A DNA stretch of 64,000 nucleotides, from the NCBI GenBank assembly GCA_964291285.2, contig OZ219788.1, forward strand, positions 64,001 through 128,000. The letters are read 5' to 3'. The translations under genes were made by a program, and so were the position numbers. Below are positions 9,782 to 22,180 of this stretch, piece after piece (the first letter of the stretch is position 1; each line of letters begins with the position of its first letter). The notes below the pieces were generated by a model. The model was given only the letters and a program-made list of their open reading frames with translations, did no database searches and was not told the origin of the DNA. This DNA is from Alphaproteobacteria bacterium (lineage in GTDB: Bacteria > Pseudomonadota > Alphaproteobacteria > Bin95).

Positions 9782-11188
9782 TTATGCTGCGAAGCAGAGG
9801 GCGTACTGCATCCGCCTTATCTTGTCGGGCGGAATTATGTTTGGTTCCCGGTGTGGCGGGGAGCGCGATAAATTGTTTCCAAGCCAGAGTTGGCATCGTA
9901 TGGCCGCGATTGCATCGGAGAATGTGACGCTGGTTTTCTGGTACCAGGCGGCGGCGTAGGACAGGTGGTTTGTCGAGAGCACGTCTGTGGCCCAGAGGCA
10001 GACGAGGCTGTAGAGCCCGCAGAGGACGGGGGTGGTTCGTGCGATCGCCGCGTGTGACCACTGGCGTTGTGTTTCGAGCCCGAGATGGGCGCGCAGTTCC
10101 TGGAAGGTGACCTCGACCTGCCAGCGCCGCACGAAGGTGGCGATGATCTTGGCCGGCTCCATGTTGGTGTCGGTGCAGAAGAACGCCTGCGGGTCCCGCT
10201 CGCCTTCCGGGTCTCGCACCAGCACCCATCGGATGGCCTTGGGAGGTGTGCCGGGACGATACCAGAGCGCGGTATCGGAGATGATCTGGAGTGTCTTTTC
10301 CTTCGAACTTCCGTACCAGCGCGGAAGCGTGATGCTTGTCCAGCGGGCATCGGGGTCGTCAAGGCGGGTCTGGAGCTTGGGCAGGGGCGGCCCCTTTTGC
10401 CGGGGTCGACCGCGTTTGTTCGGGTCGCGCGGCGGCGGGGGCGCGAAGAGGTTGGCATCGAGCCTCAGCCTGCTGATGAGGGTTGCGCGCTGTCCGATGC
10501 GCCAGGCGAGTTCGTGGGTTCCGAAACTGCTGTCGGCGACGAAGACGATCGCGCGTTGCGGGACCCAGCGAAGGATTTGAAGCATGCCCTGTCGCGCCCA
10601 GTCGGTGAGTTGCTTGTGACGCCGGCCTTGCCTGGCGGCGAAGCGTTCGGACGGGGCCAGGATGGTCAGGAAGGGCAGGGCCCTGATGCCCGGCGACCAG
10701 GGCAGCGGGACAAGCAGCATGAAGCTGAGCCAGCGCAGCCCGCTGGTCTTGACGAAATGGCCATGGCTGGAACGCACCGGGTCGCGATAGATGCCGCGCG
10801 CCTTGATACGCGCGCCCCAGCGGCGCTCGATGGTGTCATCGAGCCCGATGATGATCGGTCCCTGCCCGGCAAGCCGCGCCACCAGCACGAGCACGAGCCG
10901 GCGTGAAAGGTCACGCGGGTCCCAGCGGGCGCGATTGAGAACCTGATGGTAGGACGAGAATGTCTCGCACATCGCCCGCCCGGTCACCCGCAGGCAGGCC
11001 GACACGGTTCTCTTGCCCGGCGCCAGCAACGCTCCCATGACCAGAACCGCCACCAGCCGCCAGGTCGGGGATGAGAAGGCGCCTCGAAAGGGCTCCAGCC
11101 AGTCGATCAGGAACGGCGGAACCGGATCGCCGATGGCGCTCGAAGGGTCGTCGAAATGTGTCATGACGACCTTCGAATCCAGAAGCAT
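9782..11188 (-). CDS. IS701-like (DDE_5-type) transposase
   Basis: LDDT, VADSSF and RRWQVEVTFQE DDE motifs; exact start uncertain. Confidence 0.88.
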   Translation of the reverse strand: MLLDSKVVMTHFDDPSSAIGDPVPPFLIDWLEPFRGAFSSPTWRLVAVLVMGALLAPGKRTVSACLRVTGRAMCETFSSYHQVLNRARWDPRDLSRRLVLVLVARLAGQGPIIIGLDDTIERRWGARIKARGIYRDPVRSSHGHFVKTSGLRWLSFMLLVPLPWSPGIRALPFLTILAPSERFAARQGRRHKQLTDWARQGMLQILRWVPQRAIVFVADSSFGTHELAWRIGQRATLISRLRLDANLFAPPPPRDPNKRGRPRQKGPPLPKLQTRLDDPDARWTSITLPRWYGSSKEKTLQIISDTALWYRPGTPPKAIRWVLVRDPEGERDPQAFFCTDTNMEPAKIIATFVRRWQVEVTFQELRAHLGLETQRQWSHAAIARTTPVLCGLYSLVCLWATDVLSTNHLSYAAAWYQKTSVTFSDAIAAIRCQLWLGNNLSRSPPHREPNIIPPDKIRRMQYALCFAA

Positions 11189-11273
11189 CCGGCATGCAAG
11201 GGCGCCCGCATGCGACCGGGTGAATCAGCATCGCTGCAGCGACAGAAGCCATCCAATCCGATATCACTGCTTC

Positions 11274-11561
11274 ATGGCCGCATCCGACCCCTGTCTGGCG
11301 CGCATCGAAGCGTTCAACAAATCCAGGGGCGGGGGCGTGACGGTCACCAGGGTGCGCGGCGGCTACAATCTGTATCTCACGGCCACGCAGGCACCGATCG
11401 CAAGGCTCCAGCCGAAAGGCTCAGGTGACAAGATGAGGGTGCGCTACTGGTCCTGGCGCCAGTCCTGGCAGGACGTCGGAGACATGGGGGGCATCGTGCT
11501 CCCGCTCGAACAGGCCCTCGACGAAATCGCCAAAAACGAGATCTTCTGGACATGGACGTGA
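11274..11561 (+). CDS. IS passenger protein, DUF3024-like, 95 aa
   Basis: PIARL..VRYWSWRQSW..ALDEI..IFW pattern; lies inside the TIRs, divergent from the transposase. Confidence 0.65.
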   Translation: MAASDPCLARIEAFNKSRGGGVTVTRVRGGYNLYLTATQAPIARLQPKGSGDKMRVRYWSWRQSWQDVGDMGGIVLPLEQALDEIAKNEIFWTWT

Positions 11562-11584
11562 GGTAATTTTGTACAAAGTCGAGC

Positions 11585-11621
11585 TGAGGCGAATGCCGCC
11601 CTTCAGTACATCGATCCACAT
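11585..11621 (-). pseudogene. DUF167/YggU family gene, 5' part (MWIDVLKGGIRL)
   Basis: Continues in frame as RLRMSPG... once both IS elements and the extra TGA copies are removed; start codon uncertain. Confidence 0.7.
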
Positions 11622-11683
11622 TGCCGCATCATCTACAAGGAATTGCCCTTGAACTGCCACGGAATCGGACCGACTCTTCCTTC

Positions 11684-12331
11684 ATGCGGGCAATCGACGA
11701 GCCCGCGCGGGTGACCGCGCTACTCGGGCCGACCAATACCGGCAAAACGTATGCCGCCGTGCAACGCATGCTCGCGCACGAGTCCGGCATGATCGGTTTC
11801 CCGCTGCGTCTGCTCGCGCGGGAGAATTACGACCGCGTCGTTGCCGTCAAGGGCCCCGGCGCGGTGGCGCTGGTGACAGGCGAGGAAAAGCTGATCCCGC
11901 CCAGGGCGCGCTATTTCGTCTGCACCACCGAGTCCATGCCGCTCGACCGGCCCGTGGCCTTCCTCGCCGTGGACGAAGTGCAGATGGCGGCGGACCCCGA
12001 GCGCGGCCATATCGTCACCAATCGCCTGCTCCATGCGCGCGGCGGGCACGAGACGATGTTCCTCGGCGCGGAGACGATCCGGCCCCTGTTGCGCCAGCTG
12101 GCGCCCGAGGCGGTTGTCGAAGACCGGCCCCGCTTCTCGCGGCTCGACTATTCGGGCTACCGAAAGGTCACGCGCCTGCCGCCGCGCTCCGCCGTGGTCG
12201 CCTTCTCCGCTGGCGAGGTTTATCGCCTGGCGGAGCTCGTCCGCCGGCAGCGGGGCGGCACCGCCGTGGTGCTGGGCGCGCTCAGCCCGCGCGCGCGAAA
12301 CGCCCAGGTCGGAATGTACCAGGCGGGAGAG
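11684..12331 (+). pseudogene. SUV3/MgpS-like SF2 helicase, 5' part (interrupted by IS110)
   Basis: GPTNTGKT Walker A and DEVQ motif II; ends ...YQAGE at the IS junction. Confidence 0.88.
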
Positions 12332-12346
12332 CGACTGTGTTGTCGG

Positions 12347-15272
<2,926 letters not shown>

Positions 15273-15276
<4 letters not shown>

Positions 15277-15545
15277 ACGATTCGCCGGCAGGCCAGAGGC
15301 TCGACCGGTGGCTATGGTGCGCGCGCTTCTTCAAGACGCGCGGGCTGGCCACGAAGCTCTGCCAGGCCGGGAGGGTGCGTGTGAACCGCCGACCGGTACA
15401 GAAGGCCCATCACATTCTCCGGGTGGGCGACATACTGACTTTTCCCCAGGCGGGCAGCATCCGGGTCGTGCGGGTCGAGGCGCTGGCAGAGCGGCGCGGG
15501 CCGGCACCCGAGGCGGCCCGTCTTTACGCCAACCTCGACGGTTGA
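15273..15545 (+). CDS. hslR: RNA-binding S4 domain protein (Hsp15)
   Basis: [15 protein letters not shown] and [12 protein letters not shown]; usual helicase-S4-fdxA-carD synteny. Confidence 0.88.
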
Positions 15546-15569
15546 CAGGCCCGGCCCGGCTGCTAAATG
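15542..15569 (+). promoter_or_regulatory. Putative sigma-70 promoter of fdxA
   Basis: TTGACA-16 nt-TAAATG (GCTAAATG resembles the alphaproteobacterial -10). Confidence 0.55.
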
Positions 15570-15615
15570 GCGCCTTCCACTGTGCCGCTCCGCGCGCAGC
15601 CCGGAGATATTGCCT

Positions 15616-15948
15616 ATGACCTATATCGTCAACGACGCCTGCATCCGGTGCAAATACACGGACTGCGTCGAAGTATGCCCGGTCGATTGCTTCTATGAAG
15701 GCGAGAACATGCTGGTCATACATCCCGACGAGTGCATCGATTGCGGCGTCTGCGAGCCTGAATGCCCGGTCGAGGCGATCAAGCCGGACACCGACCCCGG
15801 TATGGAGGAATGGGTCGAATTCAACCGGCGCTACTCCGAGAGCTGGCCGAACATCACCTACCGCAAGGACGCACCGCCTGACGCCGAGTCCTGGGAAGGC
15901 GTGGAGGGCAAGCTGGAAGCGCATTTCAGCCCCAATCCCGGCGGTTGA
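15616..15948 (+). CDS. fdxA: 7Fe ferredoxin
   Basis: [18 protein letters not shown] and [12 protein letters not shown]. Confidence 0.95.
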   Translation: MTYIVNDACIRCKYTDCVEVCPVDCFYEGENMLVIHPDECIDCGVCEPECPVEAIKPDTDPGMEEWVEFNRRYSESWPNITYRKDAPPDAESWEGVEGKLEAHFSPNPGG

Positions 15949-16247
15949 GGCCGTCGCGCACCAGCTCGTGCGCGAGGGATCCGGCGGCATCGCACGACAT
16001 GTCGGGTTCCTCCCGTTCATCTTCCCGCCTTTCGGGGCAAAGGCCGCCGCCAGCCGCTCCAATAACGGGGGAAGGCGCCGCAAGGGTCGCCATCCGGTTG
16101 AATTTATGCTAAAGTCGGGCGTGGGTTTTGGAGGAGACCCAGCCAGCCGCAGCAGATCGTCGGCGCATTCGCTCGCCGGAAACGGCACAGCGTGTTGCGC
16201 TCCCGGTTGGTGCATCATTACGGAGTTTTGGGGGCCAACAGGACAGG

Positions 16248-16745
16248 ATGACAAAACGCGCGAATTTCAAGGCAGGCAATCACGTGGTCTATCCGGCGCA
16301 TGGCGTCGGCAAGGTTCTGGCCGTGGAGGAACAGGCAATTTCCGGCTACGAACTGGAGATGCTGGTGATCGAGTTCGAAAAGGAAAAGATGCTCCTGCGC
16401 ATCCCGACGGCAAAGGTGCAGACAGCGGGCTTGAGGACACTATCCACAAAGAAGGAAATGCAGAACGCATTAAAAACCCTGAAGGGAAAGGTGCGTATCA
16501 AGCGAACGATGTGGAGCCGGCGGGCCCAGGAGTACGAAGCGAAGATCAACTCCGGCGATCCCAACCTTATCGCCGAGGTGGTGCGGGACCTGCATCGCAA
16601 TGCGGACCAGCCGGACCAGTCTTACAGCGAGCGCCAGATCTACCAGGCCGCGCTCGAACGACTCAGCCGGGAACTTGCGGTGGTGGAGAAAATCGACGAG
16701 GACAAAGCCGTCAAGAGAGTGGAAATGGTCTTGCAGGCCGCTTGA
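16248..16745 (+). CDS. carD: CarD family transcriptional regulator
   Basis: VVYPAHGVG, MWSRRAQEYEAKINSG and QSYSERQIY; start reassigned to 16248. Confidence 0.93.
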   Translation: MTKRANFKAGNHVVYPAHGVGKVLAVEEQAISGYELEMLVIEFEKEKMLLRIPTAKVQTAGLRTLSTKKEMQNALKTLKGKVRIKRTMWSRRAQEYEAKINSGDPNLIAEVVRDLHRNADQPDQSYSERQIYQAALERLSRELAVVEKIDEDKAVKRVEMVLQAA

Positions 16746-16772
16746 CCCGATAGCGACAACATATCGCATCGA

Positions 16773-16815
16773 AAGGCGGTCTGCTCGGGGATGGGCAGAC
16801 CGCCTTCGGCTTTTC
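16773..16815 (+). terminator. Probable intrinsic terminator after carD
   Basis: Hairpin AAGGCGGTCTGC...GCAGACCGCCTT followed by a short T tract. Confidence 0.6.
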
Positions 16816-16920
16816 GGGGAACGACCCGAACGACCGGTTGAATAACTCCGCGACGCTGCCCACCTCTTGAAGAGCGGTGCGCCCGTCCGGGAACCGGAAC
16901 ACGGCGCGGGAAGGAACGAG

Positions 16921-17805
16921 ATGAGCTACCTGGACCGGTCGGCCAACAGCAGGGGGGCGCTGAATTTCGTCCGCCATGCGATGAGTACGCCGTTGCTCAC
17001 TCGCGAGCGCGAACAGGAACTGGCGCTGCGCTGGCGCGACCTGAAGGACGAGACAGCCCTGCATGAACTGGTCAACGCCTATGCGCGCTTGGTTGCGGCC
17101 ACGGCCGCGAAATACCGCAATTACGGCTTGCCCATGGCGGACCTGATGCAGGAGGGCTCCGTCGGCCTTATGCAGGCGGCGGCCCGTTTCGAGCCGGAGC
17201 GGGAGGTTCGTTTCTCGACCTACGCCTCCTGGTGGATCCGCTCGGCAATGCAGGATTACGTCCTGCGCAACTGGTCCATCGTCCGTACAGGCTCCACCTC
17301 GTCCCAGAAGTCGCTGTTTTTCAACCTGCGCCGGCTGCGCGCCCGCATCGAGGGGCGCACGGGCAAGCCCCTCGACGACCGGGGACGGGAACGCATTGCC
17401 GCCGAACTCAAGGTCGCGACCAGTGATGTGGAGTCCATGGAGAGCCGGCTTACCGGAGCCGACCGCTCGCTCGATGCTCCCATCGGCGAGGACGGTGACG
17501 AGACCTGGGTGCACTTTCTGGCGGACCAGCGCCCGTCTCCCGAAGACAACGCCATGGAGCATCTCGACGGCGACGAGCGCGCGCGCTGGGTCAGGGAGGC
17601 ACTGGCTGAACTGCCGGCGCGCGAGGCAAAGATCATCCGCGAACGGCTGCTGGAAGACGATGCCCGCACGCTGGAATCGCTCGGACAGGAACTGGGCGTC
17701 AGCAAGGAGCGCGTCCGCCAACTGGAGGCCCGCGCGTTGGCGAAGCTGCGCCGCAGCCTGGAATCTCTCTGGCGCGCCGACGGCAACGCTCTGTCCGACG
17801 CATAG
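16921..17805 (+). CDS. rpoH: RNA polymerase sigma-32 factor (RpoH2-like)
   Basis: RFSTYASWW, RpoH box QKSLFFNLR and GVSKERVRQLE. Confidence 0.88.
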   Translation: MSYLDRSANSRGALNFVRHAMSTPLLTREREQELALRWRDLKDETALHELVNAYARLVAATAAKYRNYGLPMADLMQEGSVGLMQAAARFEPEREVRFSTYASWWIRSAMQDYVLRNWSIVRTGSTSSQKSLFFNLRRLRARIEGRTGKPLDDRGRERIAAELKVATSDVESMESRLTGADRSLDAPIGEDGDETWVHFLADQRPSPEDNAMEHLDGDERARWVREALAELPAREAKIIRERLLEDDARTLESLGQELGVSKERVRQLEARALAKLRRSLESLWRADGNALSDA

Positions 17806-17910
17806 CCGCAATAGCTGCGCCGCGCCTGCACGCTACAATGGGACTCTGCGACGAGCCGGCAAAATGCCGGCCCGGGGGAGGCCCGCGCGCGGGAAGACGG
17901 CGACACCCAG

Positions 17911-18894
17911 ATGAAGCATTACACCGACCGCGTGCTCGTTACCGGAGGGGCGGGATTCATCGGCTCGCATCTCTGCGAACGCCTGATGGCCGACGGCGCC
18001 GATGTCATCTGCCTCGACAACCTGTTCACGGGGGCCAAGGCAAACGTCGCCCATCTTTTGGGTGAGCCGAATTTCGAATTCATTCGTCACGATGTAACGG
18101 AACCGCTGCGCCTGGAGGTGGACCGCATCTTCAACCTCGCCTGCCCGGCAAGCCCGGTGCATTACAAGCACGACCCCGTGCAGACCGTGAAGACCTCCGT
18201 ACATGGGGCGATCTATATGCTCGATCTCGCCAGGCGCTGCGGCGCGCGCATCCTCCAGGCCTCGACCAGCGAGGTGTACGGCGATCCGCTCTCCCACCCG
18301 CAGAAGGAAGACGACTGGGGCAATGTGAACCCCGTCGGCCCCCGCGCCTGCTACGACGAAGGCAAGCGCTGCGCCGAAACGCTGTTCTTCGATTACCACC
18401 GCCAACACGGCGTCGATATCCGGGTCGTTCGCATCTTCAATACCTACGGCCCCCGGATGCACCCCTCCGATGGGCGCGTTGCATCTAATTTCGTTGTCTA
18501 GGCCCTGCTCGGCCAACCCCTCACACTGGCCGGCAACGGCAGCCAGACCCGGTCCTTCTGCTACGTGGACGACCTTGTGGATGGCCTGCTGGCCTACATG
18601 GCGCTCGACGATGCGCCGCCTGGTCCCGTCAATCTCGGCAACCCTGACGAGACGACCATCGCAGCGCTCGCCGAGACGGTCGTGAAGCTCTGCGGAAGTG
18701 GGTCGCAGACCGTATTCGTGCCGCTGGAAAAGGACGACCCGTCCAGGCGCCGTCCCGACATATCGCGCGCGACCGACCTGCTCGGCTGGACGCCGGCCAC
18801 CGGGCTCGCAGACGGCCTCGGCGCGACGATCGACTGGTTCCGCGAACTCCTCCGCACCGTCCCGGAACACCGGATCGATGTCGCAGGACCGTGA
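17911..18894 (+). pseudogene. UDP-glucuronate decarboxylase (UXS-like SDR) with an in-frame TAG at 18499-18501
   Basis: [22 protein letters not shown] and YDEGKR; homology resumes in the same frame after the stop (ALLGQPLT..QTRSFCYVDDL). Confidence 0.85.
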
Positions 18895-19846
18895 ACCGGT
18901 CTGGCCCGTCGTTACCCCGGTCTACGATGACGGCGATTCCTTTGCCTCGCTTTGCCGGGACCTCGCGCGCCTCGACGCCGGCGTGTCGCTAGAGGTCCTT
19001 GCGGTGGACGATGGAACGATCGGGGCGCCGCCGGCGGTCGATGCCATCCGGGATGCCGGGCTGGCCGGCCGGATCGTCCGCCTGAAGCGCAACAGCGGGC
19101 ACCAGACGGCGATCTGGGTCGGCCTCGCCGTGGCCGCGTCGGAGCCGCGCTATGCCGGCGCAATCGTCATGGACAGCGACGGCGAAGACCGGCCCGAGAA
19201 CGTGCCGCAACTGGTCGCCGCTATCGGGGCGGACTGCAACGCGGTCGTCGCGCAGCGGGGGCGGCGGACGGAGTCCCTGCCCTTCCGGGTCTTCTACCGG
19301 CTCTACCGGCGCTTCTTCCGCCTGTTGACGGGCCGGGAGATCCGGTTCGGCAATTTCTGCGCCCTCGACCGTCGCGCCCTGCTGCGCCTTACCGCCATGC
19401 AGGAGACGCGCATCCACCTCGCAGCGGCGCTCATCAAGTCCAGGCTGCGGCGCGTCGAAATCTCGTGCGACCGGGGCGCTCGATACGATGGCCGGTCGCG
19501 CATGAATTTCTACGACCTTGCGCTGCACGGCATCCGGGCGGTCGCGGTGTTCGACGACGCCGTGCTGACCAGAATGGGCGCGGTATGCGCCGGGGCGGCT
19601 ATATCCGGCGTTCTGGTCTTTCTGGTGGGTGTCGTCCTGAAGCTTTCCGGCCAGACGCCGCCCGGATGGCTCACCTTCGTGACGGGCTTCCTCGTCCTGG
19701 TCTTCCTCCAGACCGCGACCCTCAGCCTCGTCGCGCTCATCATGAACGCGCTCGGCTACCGCTCGCCGGCGGACCTCGACGCGGCCGCGGCATCGCTCAT
19801 CCTGGAGACCGAAACGACCGGGCTCGACAGTTCACGCGATGCGTGA
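18878..19846 (+). CDS. GT2 polyprenol-phosphate glycosyltransferase (GtrB/ArnC-like)
   Basis: VDDG, NSGHQ and MDSDGED motifs; two C-terminal TM helices. Confidence 0.82.
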   Translation: MSQDREPVWPVVTPVYDDGDSFASLCRDLARLDAGVSLEVLAVDDGTIGAPPAVDAIRDAGLAGRIVRLKRNSGHQTAIWVGLAVAASEPRYAGAIVMDSDGEDRPENVPQLVAAIGADCNAVVAQRGRRTESLPFRVFYRLYRRFFRLLTGREIRFGNFCALDRRALLRLTAMQETRIHLAAALIKSRLRRVEISCDRGARYDGRSRMNFYDLALHGIRAVAVFDDAVLTRMGAVCAGAAISGVLVFLVGVVLKLSGQTPPGWLTFVTGFLVLVFLQTATLSLVALIMNALGYRSPADLDAAAASLILETETTGLDSSRDA

Positions 19847-20246
19847 GGAAGCCGGCCGAATCGTTCGTTTCATTCTGAACGGGCTGTTCGCCACCGCCGT
19901 CCATTACGGCGTGCTTGCGGGCCTGATCGAGGGCGCTGGACTGGGCTCGGCAGCCGTCGCGAATGCGCTCGCAGCCGTCTGCGGCATCGCGGTTTCCTAT
20001 GCCGGCAACCGCGCATTCGTGCTGAGGAGCCGCGTGCCCCATCGCCGGGCGGGCACGCGCTTCCTCGCCTGCTACGCCGCCGTCGTCTCCCTGCATGGCG
20101 GCGCGATGGCGCTCTGGGCGGACATCGGCGGGCTCGACTACAGGATCGGCTTCCTGCTGTTCACGGGCCTTGCGGCCGTGCTCACCTATCTGCTGAACCG
20201 CTTCTTCGTCTTCAGCGAGCCCGAGGCGGGACTGCCGCCCACGTGA
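19839..20246 (+). CDS. GtrA family flippase-like membrane protein
   Basis: RFILNG, SYAGNRAFV and YLLNRFFVF; 4 TM helices. Confidence 0.85.
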   Translation: MREEAGRIVRFILNGLFATAVHYGVLAGLIEGAGLGSAAVANALAAVCGIAVSYAGNRAFVLRSRVPHRRAGTRFLACYAAVVSLHGGAMALWADIGGLDYRIGFLLFTGLAAVLTYLLNRFFVFSEPEAGLPPT

Positions 20247-21678
20247 TCCGGATCGGCCGGGCCGTGGCGGAGCCGCTCCACCGGAAGGTCTCCTCTGTTG
20301 TCGTCCGCCCGGCAGCCAGCGCAACCAGGCCCGGCGCGGGCTCCGAACCCGTCCGCCACACGACCAATGCGCCCTTGCGCCCGATGTCTTCCGCGGAGAC
20401 CCAGGGCGCCTTTCGTTCGTCGGCATCGATGGACACCGAAGGCCCGCCCGGCGCCGCCAGCGCGACCAGACCGGCCTCCCAGACCGGCCCGGCGACGATC
20501 CGCGGCATGGCGCCGGTCTCGTTCTCATATGCACGCAGCAGCCGGGACGCGATCTCGTCCTGCGGCCAAACGACCCGCGAAGGCTTGTCCGACCGCTCGG
20601 CGCGGAGGACCACCGAAGCCGCATAGGCCGCCGGCACCAGAATGAGCAGGCACGCAGCCATGGCCGCAATCCGGGGGAGCCTTCGCCCTTCGAAACGGCC
20701 CGGCAGCAGCGCCAGCAGCAGCAGGCCGGAAAGGTTGAACATGGGCATGCCCCACATGTCCTTCAGGCCCATCCCGGCTACGGCGGCCATAAGCGCGGCC
20801 AGCAGTGCGGGCAGCAGGCCCATGACGATGAGGAACCGGCGCGCGCGCGCCTCTTCCGGGCTCGACCGGAACGCCCCTTTCCCGAACAGCCCCGCCGTCA
20901 GCGCCATCAGCAGGAAGACGGCATGGTCTGCGATCTGGGTGAGGAGGAAAGAGAGCGGCGCCCCTGCCCTGCCCGAGCCGGCCCGCGCCAGCGCATAGTC
21001 GAGCGGCAGGAAATCCGTCCCGACCAGGAACGCCGCCTGCGGCGCGGCAACGAGAGCGAAGACCGCAAGCGCCGCCCACGGTCCGATGCGGACAAGCTGC
21101 GCGCGCGCCTGCGCATCCGCCAGCATCCACAGGCCCGCCGCCGCCAGGACGAGGCCCGAGGAGTATTTCGCCCAGAGCGACAGCCCTGCAAAAACGCCCA
21201 GCAGGAGCCACCAGGTGATGCGGCCGCCCTGCACCGAGCGCCACAAGGCCAGGCATGCCCACGCCCAGAGCGGCATTTGCACGAGGTTGTGGTTCATCTC
21301 CGGGGTTGGCCAGGAGTAGTAGAAAATGCCTGTCAGGAGCAGCGTGCCGGCCACCGCCCGGCCCTGCCCCAGCAGGTCGCGCCCAAGCAGATAGACGGCA
21401 ACGAAACTTGCGACCACACAGGCTTGGGCGAGAGCGTAAGCGGGCCAGAGTGCACCGAAGGAGAGTCTTCGCACGCCTTCCAGCAGCAGTCCCGGCAGGT
21501 TGGGGTGCTTGAAGGTCGCGACGACCCCTTCCCGGCCCCAGACAAGCATCTCGACGACATCGAGCGGCGGCGCGCTGTGGGTCAAAGCAGGCGCCAACGT
21601 CCAGACGAGCGCCTGCGCCACGCACAGCACGGCGATCGCGTGGGCGGGACGCGCGAGTATCTTCTCCGGCAGCGTCAT
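20212..21678 (-). CDS. GT-C glycosyltransferase (family 39/ArnT/Rgt-like)
   Basis: LDVVE..WG, KHP and AKYS motifs; polytopic membrane protein. Confidence 0.82.
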   Translation of the reverse strand: MTLPEKILARPAHAIAVLCVAQALVWTLAPALTHSAPPLDVVEMLVWGREGVVATFKHPNLPGLLLEGVRRLSFGALWPAYALAQACVVASFVAVYLLGRDLLGQGRAVAGTLLLTGIFYYSWPTPEMNHNLVQMPLWAWACLALWRSVQGGRITWWLLLGVFAGLSLWAKYSSGLVLAAAGLWMLADAQARAQLVRIGPWAALAVFALVAAPQAAFLVGTDFLPLDYALARAGSGRAGAPLSFLLTQIADHAVFLLMALTAGLFGKGAFRSSPEEARARRFLIVMGLLPALLAALMAAVAGMGLKDMWGMPMFNLSGLLLLALLPGRFEGRRLPRIAAMAACLLILVPAAYAASVVLRAERSDKPSRVVWPQDEIASRLLRAYENETGAMPRIVAGPVWEAGLVALAAPGGPSVSIDADERKAPWVSAEDIGRKGALVVWRTGSEPAPGLVALAAGRTTTEETFRWSGSATARPIRITWAAVPPRAR

Positions 21679-21715
21679 CGGTAGCGAGGCTCGCCCGCAG
21701 CCTGACCGGGCGTTT

Positions 21716-22180
21716 CTATCCCGCGCCCGGCCTGCGCTGAATCACCGGCATGAGCACGCCCGTCAGCGCCGTTTCCTTGTACTGGTTCCAGGCGCGGAAC
21801 GACATGCGCATATTGCCCCGGTCGGGATGAGACGACGGCAGCAGTTCCAGTACTTTGCAGGTAACGCGGAGCGTATCGCCCGGCCGGACCGCACGTTGCC
21901 AGCGCAACCCGTCCATGCCCTTCCCGCCCAGATTGCCGGACCCGAACACCCGTGCCTGGACAAGCAGGCGGAAGACCACCGCAAGCGTGTGGAAACCGCT
22001 CGCCACCAGTCCGCCATAGATGCTCTCGACGGCGCGCTCCCGGTCGAGATGGAAATATTGCGGGTCGTATTGCAGCGCGAAGTCGATGATGCTGCTTTCG
22101 GTGAAGGTGTAGCCGTCCGTTTCGAAGCGCTGGCCGACCTTGAAGTCGTCGAACCAGCGCCCGGCATCACTCGCTTCCAT
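21716..22180 (-). CDS. MaoC family dehydratase
   Basis: FALQYDPQYFHLD, GLVASGFHT and VRPGD. Confidence 0.88.
   Translation of the reverse strand: MEASDAGRWFDDFKVGQRFETDGYTFTESSIIDFALQYDPQYFHLDRERAVESIYGGLVASGFHTLAVVFRLLVQARVFGSGNLGGKGMDGLRWQRAVRPGDTLRVTCKVLELLPSSHPDRGNMRMSFRAWNQYKETALTGVLMPVIQRRPGAG

Larger units (their letters stand above)
9767..11584 (-). mobile_element. IS701-like insertion sequence, copy 1, 1818 bp, with passenger gene
   Basis: TIR GCTCGACTTTGT(G/A)CA at both ends; flanked by TGA/TGA; second copy at 29445-31262. Confidence 0.9.

Noticed and set aside
18499-18501. Pyrrolysine or programmed amber readthrough
   Set aside because: The position is a conserved Gln, TAG is used as a normal stop by many genes here, and no pyl genes are seen
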